From Acidimicrobiia bacterium (GTDB taxonomy: Bacteria; Actinomycetota; Acidimicrobiia; Spongiisociales; UBA5794), in contig JAUIIM010000005.1 of NCBI GenBank assembly GCA_030431785.1, positions 1-51,796 of the forward strand: a DNA stretch of 51,796 bases, read 5' to 3'. The notes under the pieces are model-generated. The model did no database searches. It was not told the DNA's origin and saw nothing but the letters and a program-made list of their open reading frames with translations. This document shows, in pieces, positions 20,298 through 30,924 of this stretch; the stretch's first letter is position 1, and the number at the start of each line of letters is the position of its first letter. A program made the translations under genes and the position numbers.

Positions 20298-20684
20298 ATG
20301 TCCGACGAACTCAAAGAGCTGCTGTTCACCTGGGAAGGTCGCGTCAACCGTGCAAAGTGGTGGGGGTTTGGCTTCGGCGCCTGGCTGACGATCTTCGTCT
20401 TGTACGGGGTGTCGTACCTTCTCGTGATATCGGACTTCGAGATCCTCGGATACATCGCATTCGGCATCACGTTCCTCGCATCCATCGGGCTCGCTGTTTC
20501 CGGTGTCATGGTGACCATCAAACGCTGGCACGACCGTGGCAAGCCGGGGTGGTGGATCTTCATCTACTTCGTGCCGGTGATCGGACCGATCTGGGCGCTC
20601 ATCGAGCTCGGGTTCCTCCCCGGTGATGAGGTCGACAACGAGTGGGGCCCGAACCCCCTCGACCCAGCAGCAGCCAGGCGATAG
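20298..20684 (+). CDS. DUF805 (YhaH-like) membrane protein
   Basis: FTWEGRVNRAKWW, TIKRWHDRGKPGWW and NEWGPNP motifs. Confidence 0.9.
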   Translation: MSDELKELLFTWEGRVNRAKWWGFGFGAWLTIFVLYGVSYLLVISDFEILGYIAFGITFLASIGLAVSGVMVTIKRWHDRGKPGWWIFIYFVPVIGPIWALIELGFLPGDEVDNEWGPNPLDPAAARR

Positions 20685-20691
20685 ATCGATC

Positions 20692-20825
20692 GAAGATCTC
20701 CGATCTCCGATCCTCGATCTCGGATCTCTGAATCTCGACATCCCTCCAGTCGAAGCGCAGCCCGAGGTCGGACCGTCGGGTTTCGGACCGTCGGAGAATC
20801 GGACTATCGGAGATCGGACAGTCGG
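20692..20825. repeat. Inverted pair of arrays: GATCTCC 7-mer x6, then TCGGACnn 7/8-mer x7
   Basis: gatctcc gatctcc gatcctc gatctcg gatctct ... tcggaccg tcgggtt tcggaccg tcggagaa tcggacta tcggaga tcggacag; same layout as 17697-17764. Confidence 0.88.
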
Positions 20826-20934
20826 CGGATCGATCTCGATCGATTCGCTTGCGGTGGCACGCTGAATCTCAATCCTGTAGGGTGCCGCCAGCGCAGTCGC
20901 TCCATCGGCTGCCGCTGTGGAGAGGCTTGAAGGC

Positions 20935-22512
20935 GTGACGGTACAGGTACGAGAGCAGACCAAGACACCGCTGTGGCGGAATGCCACGGTGCTCAAGTGG
21001 ACTGCGCAGCTGGTCGTCTTGGCCAGCGTTCTCGGGCTGTTCGCCCTCCTCGCATCCGAAGCGCTGAAGAACTTCGAAGCCTCCGACATCTCCTTCGGAT
21101 GGGATTGGCTGTCCGACCCGACCGGCGTCGCGATCAGAGAAGGCATCGACACAAGCCCTGACTCGGGTGCACGGGCGATGCTGGTGGGTATCGTCAACAC
21201 GCTGCGTGTTGCAATCTCGGGGATCATCGTCGCGACGATCCTCGGCACCATCATCGGTGTGGGACGACTGTCCAGCAACTGGATCATCAACAAGCTCGCC
21301 ACGATCTATATCGAGACGATCCGGAACATCCCACTGCTCGTCCAGATCTTCTTCTGGAACGCCCTCGCCATCGGACTCCCCAGTCTCACGAACGAGGACC
21401 TCGGCGAGTACTGGTTCAAAGCATCGAACAAGGGCTTCGCCATGGCGTGGGTGTTCCCCGATGGCGGCTTCTGGCCTTGGTTGACGTTCGTCCTTGTCGG
21501 GTTGGCCGTCGGCATGTTCGTTGCCAAGAAGCGACGCAAGTACCAAGAGGACACAGGGAACCCCGGGCACGGCGGTCGGTATCTGGCCGGAATCATCCTT
21601 GTCTTCGCCATCATCGGATGGTTCGCCGCTCCCTTGCTGAGCTTCCTCGATCCGGTGTTCACCGGCATCGGAGACCTGATCGAGTCGATCCCCGCGGTCG
21701 TGATCCCGATCATCATTGCGGTTGTCGCAATCGTTTCTGCGGGTCTGTGGATTCGCGGCTTCTTCGAATCCCGCCGAACTCCGGCCGGCTTCGGGAAGAT
21801 GACCGACGACGACTGGTTCCGGGTGATCTTCGCCGGGCTCGCCGGTGTGGTCGTAGCGATCCTCGGGTTCGTCATCGGCGGGTTCGAGATAGAGACTGTG
21901 TCCGGCGAGGTCATGTCGATCGCCGAACTCATCCGACTCGGCATCAGCAACTTCTTCCAATGGCTCGGTGCATCGTTCGACACCGAGGGCTACCGGACGG
22001 TGGTCGAAGGTGTCCGCTCAGGCGGGCCATTGGTGTTCGAGAAGCCCGTCGTCGAGTTGGTCGGTGCTGGCATCCCGCAGTACGGCAAGACCGGCATGGT
22101 CATCACGATCCCGTTCTTCGCCATCTGGACCGGCGTCACGATCTATACGGCTGCGTTCATCGCAGAGATCGTGCGAGGCGGCATCTTGGCGGTCTCCAAG
22201 GGTCAGACGGAGGCTGCGATGGCCCTTGGTCTGCGCCGCAGCCGGTACCTCCGGTTCGTGATCCTTCCGCAGGCGTTCCGCATCATCCTGCCACCGCTCG
22301 GCAACCAGTACCTCAACCTGGCGAAGAACACCTCGCTCGGCTTGGCGGTCGCTTTCGCAGACATCGTCGCCGTCGGCAGCACGATCATCAACCAGACAGG
22401 GCAGTCCTTCCCTGTCGTCCTCGTGTGGATGGCGTTCTTCCTCACCGTCAGCCTCACCATCTCAGCGATCGTCAATTACTACAACCGCAAGATGATGTTG
22501 GTGGAGCGTTGA
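20935..22512 (+). CDS. aapQ: Amino acid ABC transporter permease (AapQ-like)
   Basis: GIVNTLRV, RLSSNW, YIETIRNIPLLVQ, AFIAEIVRGG and GNQYLNLAKNTSL motifs. Start uncertain (20917 or 20935). Confidence 0.85.
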   Translation: MTVQVREQTKTPLWRNATVLKWTAQLVVLASVLGLFALLASEALKNFEASDISFGWDWLSDPTGVAIREGIDTSPDSGARAMLVGIVNTLRVAISGIIVATILGTIIGVGRLSSNWIINKLATIYIETIRNIPLLVQIFFWNALAIGLPSLTNEDLGEYWFKASNKGFAMAWVFPDGGFWPWLTFVLVGLAVGMFVAKKRRKYQEDTGNPGHGGRYLAGIILVFAIIGWFAAPLLSFLDPVFTGIGDLIESIPAVVIPIIIAVVAIVSAGLWIRGFFESRRTPAGFGKMTDDDWFRVIFAGLAGVVVAILGFVIGGFEIETVSGEVMSIAELIRLGISNFFQWLGASFDTEGYRTVVEGVRSGGPLVFEKPVVELVGAGIPQYGKTGMVITIPFFAIWTGVTIYTAAFIAEIVRGGILAVSKGQTEAAMALGLRRSRYLRFVILPQAFRIILPPLGNQYLNLAKNTSLGLAVAFADIVAVGSTIINQTGQSFPVVLVWMAFFLTVSLTISAIVNYYNRKMMLVER

Positions 22513-22513
22513 T

Positions 22514-24352
22514 ATGGCTGATGTAGTGCTCCCCGATCTCGAAGTAGCCCCCGAGCCGCCCCCATCGGGACCGTTCGTATGGCTGCGCGAGAACATGTTC
22601 TCGACGGTTGCGTCCGGCATCATGTCCGTTCTCGCGATCGCCCTCGTCATCGTCTCCGTCCGCGGCCTCCTCGATTTCATCTGGGCGGACGGTCGTCGCT
22701 GGGACGCTGTCACCTTCAACATGAAGCTGCTGATGGTGCAGGGATATCCGGCCGATCAGATGTGGCGATTCTGGGTCGCGATCGGTGCGGTCGTCGTGAT
22801 GCTCGCCATCTCGCTCGTGATCTGGCGTATCGGATCGATGATGGAGCCCCGAGCGGTAGGGAAACTGTTGATGAACCTCGGGGGAGGAGCGCTGCTCGTC
22901 GCAATCCTTGGACCGTTCTCCTCGACCCCGACGATCGTCATCGCCGTCCTCGGTGTCGTGTTGATGGCAGCAGGCTATGCCCTTCGCAAATTCATCGGAG
23001 AGGCAGCTAAGAAGCCGGTGGTCCCTGTCCTCGGCCTGGTAGGGGTCGGACTCCTGCTGATCGTCGCCGTCATCCACACGATCAGTCTTCCGTTCCCGGC
23101 ACGTGACCCAGATGGAACACAGATCATCGTCCAAGAGCCGATCGCCGGGACGACGACATGGCCGTGGACGATCATCATCCTGACCGGGATCGCGACCTAT
23201 GTGATCTTCGCTCTCCTGCGACGCGTTTTGCCGATCGGAGCCCTGAAGACAGTCCTGACGACGCTCTGGGTGCTGAGCTTCCCCGTGATCTTCCTCGTGA
23301 TCCTCAGAGATCCCGGCATCGACTGGATGGCTTCGTTCGGCTTCATGACGGAGGGCGACTCCGCTGCCCTGAGCATGAACTGGTTGATCATCACGGGGCT
23401 ATTCGCGTTGGTCGGAGCGCTCATCCTCGGGTTCATCGTCCGTCCTTCGACGGGCGAACTCGGCAGGGTCATCGGTGGTGTCCTGCTGGTGCTCGCGCTG
23501 GTCTCGATGGCTATACCGATGGCCTTCATCTACCGGTTCCTCTTGTTCTTCCTGGCGCTCTTCGCCCTCGCCGCGCCCACATTCGGTGGCGGGGGAGGCA
23601 GCAATAGGAAGTTCATCGGCGCGTGGGTGGGTACCGCGTTCATCATCGGTCTCACGGTGGTCATCGTGGATACGGATTCACTGGTCGATGTCCCAGGTTC
23701 GTTCTTCCTCGGTGGGCTGTCGCTCACCATCCTGCTTGCGTTCACGTCGATCATCCTTTCGTTCCCGATCGGTGTGCTCCTGGCGCTCGGTCGCACATCG
23801 ACGATGCCGCTGTTCCGTCTGATGTCGACGGTGTATATCGAGTTGGTCCGCGGCGTCCCGTTGATCACATGGCTGCTCGTCGGCTTCCTCATGTTGCCGG
23901 TGGCCCTGCCCGAGGGTGTCGAGATCGGTGGCGTGATGCGTGCCATCGGTGCGATGACCTTCTTCTCTGCTGCCTATCTTGCGGAGAATGTCCGTGGTGG
24001 GCTCCAGTCGATCCCGAACGGACAATACGAAGCGTCGAAGGCGATGGGGATGTCCACGCTGCAGATGACCGTATTCATCACGCTCCCGCAGGCGTTGCGT
24101 GCAGTGATCCCCGCCCTCGTCGGTCAGGTCATCGCCCTGTTCAAGGACACGTCACTCGTGACGATCGTCGGCCTGTTCGACTTCCTCCACCTCGCTCGAG
24201 CAGTCATCCCAGCCCAGTCGCAGCCCTTCAGCTTCCTCGGTTCGATCAAGGAAACCCTGATCTTCGCTGCGGTGGTCTATTGGATCTTCACATTCACGTT
24301 CTCACGGATCAGCTTGCGCCTCGAGAAGAAGCTCGGCGTCGGCGAGCGCTAG
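22514..24352 (+). CDS. aapM: Amino acid ABC transporter permease (AapM-like)
   Basis: [39 protein letters not shown] and LFKDTSLV motifs. Confidence 0.85.
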   Translation: MADVVLPDLEVAPEPPPSGPFVWLRENMFSTVASGIMSVLAIALVIVSVRGLLDFIWADGRRWDAVTFNMKLLMVQGYPADQMWRFWVAIGAVVVMLAISLVIWRIGSMMEPRAVGKLLMNLGGGALLVAILGPFSSTPTIVIAVLGVVLMAAGYALRKFIGEAAKKPVVPVLGLVGVGLLLIVAVIHTISLPFPARDPDGTQIIVQEPIAGTTTWPWTIIILTGIATYVIFALLRRVLPIGALKTVLTTLWVLSFPVIFLVILRDPGIDWMASFGFMTEGDSAALSMNWLIITGLFALVGALILGFIVRPSTGELGRVIGGVLLVLALVSMAIPMAFIYRFLLFFLALFALAAPTFGGGGGSNRKFIGAWVGTAFIIGLTVVIVDTDSLVDVPGSFFLGGLSLTILLAFTSIILSFPIGVLLALGRTSTMPLFRLMSTVYIELVRGVPLITWLLVGFLMLPVALPEGVEIGGVMRAIGAMTFFSAAYLAENVRGGLQSIPNGQYEASKAMGMSTLQMTVFITLPQALRAVIPALVGQVIALFKDTSLVTIVGLFDFLHLARAVIPAQSQPFSFLGSIKETLIFAAVVYWIFTFTFSRISLRLEKKLGVGER

Positions 24353-24371
24353 GGTCACACAAGGAGCCTTT

Positions 24372-25136
24372 ATGGACAACGGACAAGCAGCAACTCGGAC
24401 ACTCGGCGACCCGATCGTGGAATGCGAGGGCGTCAAGAAGTGGTTCGGTGACTTCCAGGCGCTCAAAGGTGTGACGGCGACCGTCAAAGAACGGGAAGTG
24501 GTCGTCATCATCGGACCTTCGGGGTCCGGGAAATCGACGTGGATCCGGTGTATCAACCGTCTCGAAGCCCACCAAGAGGGGTCGATCATCGTCGACGGCA
24601 CGGAGCTCACGAACGACATCAAGAACATCGAGAAGATCCGTTCCGAGGTCGGCATGGTGTTCCAGCAGTTCAACCTGTTCCCCCACCTGACGGTCCTCGA
24701 CAACATCACGCTCGCTCCCCAGTGGGTGCGAAAGCAGCCGAAGGACGAAGCCGAGGAGTATGCCATGGAGCTCCTTGAGCGAGTCGGCATCCCGGACCAA
24801 GCGCTGAAGTACCCGGGTCAGCTCTCCGGTGGACAGCAGCAGCGGGTGGCGATCGCTCGGTCACTTGCTATGAAGCCGCGCATCATGCTGTTCGACGAGC
24901 CGACGTCCGCACTCGACCCTGAGATGATCAAGGAAGTGCTGGACGTGATGAAAGAACTCGCACTCGGTGGTATGACGATGATGGTCGTCACCCACGAGAT
25001 GGGATTCGCCCGAGAGGTGGCAGATCGGGTCTTCTTCTTCGACTACGGAACGATCGTCGAAGAGGGAACACCTGAGCACTTCTTTACGAATCCTCAGCAC
25101 GATCGCACCAAGCTGTTCCTCAGCCAGATCCTCTAG
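24372..25136 (+). CDS. aapP: Amino acid ABC transporter ATP-binding protein
   Basis: [30 protein letters not shown] and [10 protein letters not shown] motifs. Confidence 0.93.
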   Translation: MDNGQAATRTLGDPIVECEGVKKWFGDFQALKGVTATVKEREVVVIIGPSGSGKSTWIRCINRLEAHQEGSIIVDGTELTNDIKNIEKIRSEVGMVFQQFNLFPHLTVLDNITLAPQWVRKQPKDEAEEYAMELLERVGIPDQALKYPGQLSGGQQQRVAIARSLAMKPRIMLFDEPTSALDPEMIKEVLDVMKELALGGMTMMVVTHEMGFAREVADRVFFFDYGTIVEEGTPEHFFTNPQHDRTKLFLSQIL

Positions 25137-25933
25137 TCAGTCGCCATCTCAGCGAGCTCGGCACTGAGGAGTTCCAGGTACCGACGTTCGAGACGGTCGA
25201 TGGCATTGCGGTACCCCGTCGGGTCCATGAACGTTGTCGGGTCGTAGGCCTGTCCTGCGGTGTACTTCGCGTCCCGGTCGTAGTGACTCGAGTGTGCGGC
25301 GACCCAGATGTCGGGCCGCATCGCCTTCTGTCTTTCGAACGTAAGCTCAAAGTCTGCTTTCACGCGGGGGTACGTCGGATCGTCGACGAATCGCTTTCCG
25401 GCGTTGACCGTCGCCATGTTGACGATTGCCACGTCATAGGTCTGCCCGTCCTCGACGACCGTCATCGTGTAGCTGGCGCTGCCTTCGGTGTGGCCAGGGT
25501 GCTCGTGGACTCTGAGCTGACAATCGCCGATGTCGATCGTGTCTCCGTGTGACAGTGCGCGATCGACCTTCACGGGCGGGAAGAGGATCTCGCCGCCAAA
25601 GTGCGGGTCGCTGAAGCCGCCGTCTTCGAGTACGCGTACATCCGCCTTCATCGCCCACATTTCGATACCGAGTTCGCCCTTGATCAAGGCCAGGTCAGTG
25701 GTGTGGTCGTGATGGGACTGCATGGTGAGGAGGAGCTGGATCGACTCATAGGGGATGCCGAGCGACGCCATGTTGGCGCGTATGACGGCTGCGGATCCCC
25801 CGACGCCCGTGTTGATCAACACGCTTCCCTCGTCAGTCGCAACCAAGAACATCCCGAGCCCCTCCGTTCCGACGGAGTAGAGGGGTCCGACGATCCGATA
25901 GCCCGGATAGGGTCGTGTCCAATCAGCTTTCAT
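25133..25933 (-). CDS. Subclass B3 metallo-beta-lactamase, GOB-like (QxHxDH)
   Basis: [42 protein letters not shown] and DIWVAAH motifs; no signal peptide evident. Confidence 0.85.
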   Translation of the reverse strand: MKADWTRPYPGYRIVGPLYSVGTEGLGMFLVATDEGSVLINTGVGGSAAVIRANMASLGIPYESIQLLLTMQSHHDHTTDLALIKGELGIEMWAMKADVRVLEDGGFSDPHFGGEILFPPVKVDRALSHGDTIDIGDCQLRVHEHPGHTEGSASYTMTVVEDGQTYDVAIVNMATVNAGKRFVDDPTYPRVKADFELTFERQKAMRPDIWVAAHSSHYDRDAKYTAGQAYDPTTFMDPTGYRNAIDRLERRYLELLSAELAEMATD

Positions 25934-26025
25934 GTTCTGTCTCCTCGTCGATGGTGCATCGTAGCGTGCGGAGGAGAAGGTTGTATAGAATATGTACTCG
26001 GCCCCGAGTCACACCAGGAGCAAAG

Positions 26026-27315
26026 GTGGATACTGCCAGCGGCGACCTCGAAGCATCATCATCCAGACGAATCACACCGAACGACTTCGAGGGCACCGAC
26101 CGGGAGCGAATCCAAGCTGCAATTGATGCTGCCTCGGGGACGACCAATCGGGTCGTGATCCCAGCGGAGAACGACCGCGGCGGCGACCGTTGGCTGATCG
26201 ATGGTGCGATCCTGCTGCCGAGTGGAATGTCGCTCGTCCTCGAGGATTGCATCATCCAACTGAGTGATACCTGTATCGACAACATCATCAGGACAGACAA
26301 CGTCGACGTGGACACGGGAGAGTTCGAGTGGAGCTACGACATTCGGATCATCGGTATCGGGAGTCCGGTGCTGATGGGAGCCGACAACCCGCGCTCGACA
26401 GGCGAGGGGAAGCTGCTGTCAACGACGTCGACGTTCGACTCGCCGGTCGGACGCGGCAAGATGAGCTACGGCACGGATGCTGGAGTAGACGGAGCCACGC
26501 AGACCGGCAACTGGAGGAACCACGGTCTGTTGATCGCGTATGTGGATCGCTTTGAGATCCGCAACGTGACGATTCGCAATGCACACTGCTGGGCGCTGAC
26601 ACATGAACGGGTGATCAACGCCCGAATCTCGGACATCCACATCGACAATCCTCCACGGATCACGGTCGACGGCGAGACCCACTATGTCGCGAACAGAGAC
26701 GGGATCAACCTCCGCCAGGGCTGCAAACGATTCGACATCACGAACGTGTCAGGAGAGACCGGCGACGACTTCATCGCAATGACACTCTTGGCGGTGAACG
26801 AGAACACGGAGCGGCCGGAACGGCTTTCTGCCTCCATGCTCACCACCCCGACATATGAGGGCCCGAATGACCACATCGAGGATGTCACGATTTCGAACGT
26901 GCGATGCAGGACGAAGAACCATGGGGTGGCACTGCGCACCATCGACGAGGCGCGCATCCGGAGGGTCTTCATTGACGGTTTGGTGGCGCTGGGCAACCAC
27001 GACGTGCCGTCCCATCAGACCGCGATCCTGTTCGGGGGTCGGGGCTACGGCGAGTCGAGTCCGTTGGGCTGCATCAGCGAGGTCCATGCGATGAATCTGA
27101 TGAGCGACATGCGCTCGGGGCTCATCCACGTCGAAGCGAAGATCGACAACTGCACATTCCTCAATGGTGTCTACTCGGGGCAGGCTGAGCACGCCATCGG
27201 GTACCACGACTTCGACGATGCGACGCCGAAGTACGCGGTCTCGACCGGGAACTCGGGACGCTCGGAAGTGGGCAACGTCCTCGAACAGAACATTGTGGCA
27301 GCGCCTACCCCGTGA
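26026..27315 (+). CDS. Pectin-lyase-fold (GH28-like) protein, paralog 1
   Basis: DRERIQAAIDAA, AILLPSGMSLVLE, NRDGINLRQG, GETGDDFIA and KNHG motifs; GTG after aggag. Confidence 0.72.
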   Translation: MDTASGDLEASSSRRITPNDFEGTDRERIQAAIDAASGTTNRVVIPAENDRGGDRWLIDGAILLPSGMSLVLEDCIIQLSDTCIDNIIRTDNVDVDTGEFEWSYDIRIIGIGSPVLMGADNPRSTGEGKLLSTTSTFDSPVGRGKMSYGTDAGVDGATQTGNWRNHGLLIAYVDRFEIRNVTIRNAHCWALTHERVINARISDIHIDNPPRITVDGETHYVANRDGINLRQGCKRFDITNVSGETGDDFIAMTLLAVNENTERPERLSASMLTTPTYEGPNDHIEDVTISNVRCRTKNHGVALRTIDEARIRRVFIDGLVALGNHDVPSHQTAILFGGRGYGESSPLGCISEVHAMNLMSDMRSGLIHVEAKIDNCTFLNGVYSGQAEHAIGYHDFDDATPKYAVSTGNSGRSEVGNVLEQNIVAAPTP

Positions 27316-27357
27316 ACCGCAGAACCCGCATGACAGCGGTGTCCGAAGGAGTAGAAA

Positions 27358-28632
27358 GTGACTTTGTCGACTACTGAACCGATCACCCCGAACCAATTCG
27401 AAGGAACCGACAGCGAACGCATCCAGGCGGCCATCGATGCCGCGAGCGGCGTGACGAATCTGGTCGTGATCCCGTCTCGGAACGCCAACGGTGCGAATCG
27501 ATGGATCGTCGACCGGGCTGTTCTCCTGCCGTCGGACATGACCGTCGTCCTGGACAACGCAACGGTTCAGCTTGCGGACTCGGCGATCGACAACATCTTC
27601 CGGAGCGACAACGTCACCGAGGGGCAGGCACGCGTGTCGTGGAACTACAACATCCGCATCGTCGGTGTGGGGGAATCCTGCATCAAGGGTGCCGCCAATC
27701 CGCGGTCCACGGGTGGAGGGAAAGTGCTGACACTGGAGTCGAAATTCGATTCGCCGCTCGGTCGCGGAAAGATGTCGTATGGAACCGACGCCGGCGAGGA
27801 GGGTGTCCCGCAGAAGGGGAATTGGCGCAATCACGGCATCCTGATGGCGTACGTCGATGGTTTCGTGATGTCGAATGTGACCGTGGAGAACACGGGTTGT
27901 TGGGCGATCACGTTCGAACGCGTTCGCAACGCAGATCTGTCCCACATCAAGATTCTCAACCCACCACGGATCACCGTTGACGGCACGACACGGTATGTGG
28001 CCAATCGGGACGGCATCAACCTCCGCCAGGGCTGCAAACACTTCCGTATCCACGACATCTCGGGTGAGACCGGTGACGACTTCATCGCCCTCACGCTCCT
28101 CGGTGTTCACCGCTCTGCGGATGAGCCGATGAGTCCACACTCGGCGATGGCTACGCATCCCGCGTACACAGCGCTCGATGACGACATCGAGGATGTCTGG
28201 ATCTCTAGCATCACATGCAAGACGAAGAACCACGGTGTTGCGCTGAGGACGATCGATCAGGCAAGGATTCACGACGTGTTCATCGATGGTCTTCGGATGC
28301 GCGGAAACCCGGACGTCCCGAGCCACCAAACGGCGATTCTGTTCGGCGGCCGGGGCTACGGTGGTCCAAGCCCACTCGGCAACATCAGCAACGTCCATGC
28401 CACCGGCCTCGTCGGAAGCTCCCGCTCGGGTCTTGTTCACGTCGAAGCACGCATCGAGGACTGCACGATCGCCAACGGGATCTACCACGGGGAGAGCGAC
28501 TACGTCGTGACATATCACGACTTCGATGACAAGACTCCCAAGTACTCAGTGTCGGCTGGCAACGCCGGTCGTTCGTTCGTGAAGAATGTGATCGAGGCCA
28601 ACCTGGTCCATGCAGGGCCCGGAGGACGTTGA
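27358..28632 (+). CDS. Pectin-lyase-fold (GH28-like) protein, paralog 2
   Basis: Collinear with paralog 1 (shared YVANRDGINLRQGCK and SHQTAILFGGRGYG). Confidence 0.72.
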   Translation: MTLSTTEPITPNQFEGTDSERIQAAIDAASGVTNLVVIPSRNANGANRWIVDRAVLLPSDMTVVLDNATVQLADSAIDNIFRSDNVTEGQARVSWNYNIRIVGVGESCIKGAANPRSTGGGKVLTLESKFDSPLGRGKMSYGTDAGEEGVPQKGNWRNHGILMAYVDGFVMSNVTVENTGCWAITFERVRNADLSHIKILNPPRITVDGTTRYVANRDGINLRQGCKHFRIHDISGETGDDFIALTLLGVHRSADEPMSPHSAMATHPAYTALDDDIEDVWISSITCKTKNHGVALRTIDQARIHDVFIDGLRMRGNPDVPSHQTAILFGGRGYGGPSPLGNISNVHATGLVGSSRSGLVHVEARIEDCTIANGIYHGESDYVVTYHDFDDKTPKYSVSAGNAGRSFVKNVIEANLVHAGPGGR

Positions 28633-28648
28633 CAACCGGAGGTTCGCC

Positions 28649-29287
28649 GTGAAAGACATCGTGATCTATGGGACGCGCGGCATGGGGAGAGACACGCTCT
28701 CGTGGATGGCCGATGCCGGAGAAGCAGGCAAGGTCAAAGGATTCGTCACGCATTACCCCGACGAGGTGGGAGGCGAACTCGTCGGTCTGCCAATCGTGGG
28801 AGATCTGGATTACCCCACCGACCATCCTGAGGTGGGTGTCGTGTTGGCTGCCGGATCCACCCCGCGGCGTATCGAGGCGTTGGAGCGGTATCGCACCGAA
28901 GGGATCGAACTGGTGACCGTCGTGCATCCCACCGTGGTGCTTGGCGCTCGCACCGTGGTTGGCGAAGGATCCATCCTCTGTCCCGGTGTCATCGTCGGGA
29001 CGGATGCCACCATCGGTGACGGTGTCATCCTCAACTACGGTGCCCTCGTTGGTCACGACTGTCGAATCGGCGATGGTGCGTTCATCGCCCCGGGTGCGCA
29101 CCTCGCGGGTACCGTCGACGTCGGACCCGGAGCCCACGTCGGGTTGGGTGCGTCCGTGGTGCAGAAGCTTGCGGTCGGAGCTAGGGCCATGGTGGGGGCA
29201 GGAGCTGTCGTCGTGCGCGATGTCGCAGCGGAGACCACCGTTGTGGGAGTGCCAGCAGAACCGTTGGACGGCCGCTCCGGCGTGTAG
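28649..29287 (+). CDS. Sugar O-acetyltransferase, NeuD/PglD-like hexapeptide-repeat protein
   Basis: IVIYGTRGMGR, VVHPT, VGHDCRIGD and VGAGAVVVRDV..TTVVGVPA motifs; RBS ggagg. Confidence 0.88.
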   Translation: MKDIVIYGTRGMGRDTLSWMADAGEAGKVKGFVTHYPDEVGGELVGLPIVGDLDYPTDHPEVGVVLAAGSTPRRIEALERYRTEGIELVTVVHPTVVLGARTVVGEGSILCPGVIVGTDATIGDGVILNYGALVGHDCRIGDGAFIAPGAHLAGTVDVGPGAHVGLGASVVQKLAVGARAMVGAGAVVVRDVAAETTVVGVPAEPLDGRSGV

Positions 29288-29353
29288 CTCACCAGGAGCG
29301 TCGGATGAGCCGGAGGCAAACCGCAGTGCCGGGCGTTGCCGGATTGTGAGCAG

Positions 29354-30913
29354 CTACCGCGCCGATACGACGAGGACGGCAGTCACCGCGACCACCGCGA
29401 TCACCAGCGCTGATTCGATGGTGACGGTGCGACGAAGCATCGAAGCGGCGGAGTCGTCGGGTTGGGAAAGCCGAGGTACGACCCGGAAATGGTTGTATGC
29501 CCCGATCGAAGCGGCCACGACGACGAGACTCGTCTTCACCATCAGCGCTCGCCCCCACGATCCGCTCCACAGATCGGAGACAGAATCGGTGAGAAGCCAC
29601 GCCAAGGCAATACCGGCGGATCCGGCGACCACCACGGCGACGGTTGCGATCCGTGAGAAGCGAAACCCAACATCCGCGGCGTCGACGGGATCGCCGGCGC
29701 GATGTCGTGCGATCAGCAGCCCAGCGAGTGCGACGAGACCACCGGCCCACACACCTGCTGCGAAGACATGGGTCACTGTCGATATCTGACCGATGATGCC
29801 GGTGTCCGCAGTGTGGCCGTCGAGGGCGAACGATGTCGCCACGAGGACCAACCCAGCCATCAAGACCCACTCCTCCGGCCACACCAGACGGTCGGTCGCC
29901 GACCGTGTGAGGACCTGGACCGAACCGGGTTCGGTTAGACCATGTCGATCGGTGTGCGGGTCGTCTGCCGTGCCCGGCCCCGTGCCAGCCAGCGATGTGA
30001 CGACGAAGTAGGGGCTCTGGAGGAGGGCGACGGCTCCGACCAATCGCAGGACCATCGCATAGCCCGTGGTGGTGGGGATGTCGTCGATCCAACTCCACGG
30101 GAGGATGGCAGTCATGAACGATTCACCGGCATCCAACCCGACTGCTGTCAGGTCGATCAGGGATCCGAGAAGGATGAGCGATCCACCGAAGCGGATCAAG
30201 GACATAGCTCTGTGGATCTCGCGCGTCGTCCCCGTCAAGGCCGACGCAGCGAACGCAAACGCTCCGATCGCCAACAGTGCACCCGAGAAGGAGATCCATC
30301 GACCCAGCCATTGCATGACGTCCCACCGCCCGTTCCCTTCTTCGGTGAGTAGGAAGTCGGATGAAGCAGCGCCGGCCACGGGGATCGGGCACAGGACCGG
30401 CGGCGCAGTGCCCAAGGGGTCCTCGATCGCGATGGTGGTAGGCGGAGCAGTCTGATCGGTCGGTTCTTCGACCACTTCAACGTCATCCGGTTCCTCATCG
30501 GGTTCCGTCGGCGGTAGACCGACTTCGAACGACATGGACCCCGACAGTTCGTGACCGTCGGTCACGGAGCGAACCGACCAAAGAACCACGAATCGGCCCA
30601 TTTCGAATCCATCCGTCGCGTCGATCCGGACGACGGTGTCCGAGATCGGTGTGATCTGGATCTCGACAGGTCGGCCATCGCCGTCCAATACTCGGGCGGT
30701 GGTCCCGGCGGGGTCGAGGGCATCGGTGAACTCGAGTTCCACGTGACTGATCGGGTCGTCGAGGGACGCTCCGTCGGCTGGCTGGCTACCGACGAAATCG
30801 GTATGTCCGTGCGCCGTCCCCGGCCAGAGCAGTGACCAGATCGCGATGACGAACAGTGTCCCACCGATGGTCAGATTGCGACGGTTGCCGAAGAGCCGGA
30901 GGAGAGTGGTCAT
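29354..30913 (-). CDS. Copper resistance CopC-CopD fusion protein
   Basis: Signal peptide then HTDFVGSQPADG, WSVRSVTDGHELSG (CopC); DGHT, HVFAAGVWAGGL, FSRIA and WGRALMVK (CopD). Confidence 0.88.
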   Translation of the reverse strand: MTTLLRLFGNRRNLTIGGTLFVIAIWSLLWPGTAHGHTDFVGSQPADGASLDDPISHVELEFTDALDPAGTTARVLDGDGRPVEIQITPISDTVVRIDATDGFEMGRFVVLWSVRSVTDGHELSGSMSFEVGLPPTEPDEEPDDVEVVEEPTDQTAPPTTIAIEDPLGTAPPVLCPIPVAGAASSDFLLTEEGNGRWDVMQWLGRWISFSGALLAIGAFAFAASALTGTTREIHRAMSLIRFGGSLILLGSLIDLTAVGLDAGESFMTAILPWSWIDDIPTTTGYAMVLRLVGAVALLQSPYFVVTSLAGTGPGTADDPHTDRHGLTEPGSVQVLTRSATDRLVWPEEWVLMAGLVLVATSFALDGHTADTGIIGQISTVTHVFAAGVWAGGLVALAGLLIARHRAGDPVDAADVGFRFSRIATVAVVVAGSAGIALAWLLTDSVSDLWSGSWGRALMVKTSLVVVAASIGAYNHFRVVPRLSQPDDSAASMLRRTVTIESALVIAVVAVTAVLVVSAR

Positions 30914-30924
30914 CTCGGCAAGCG

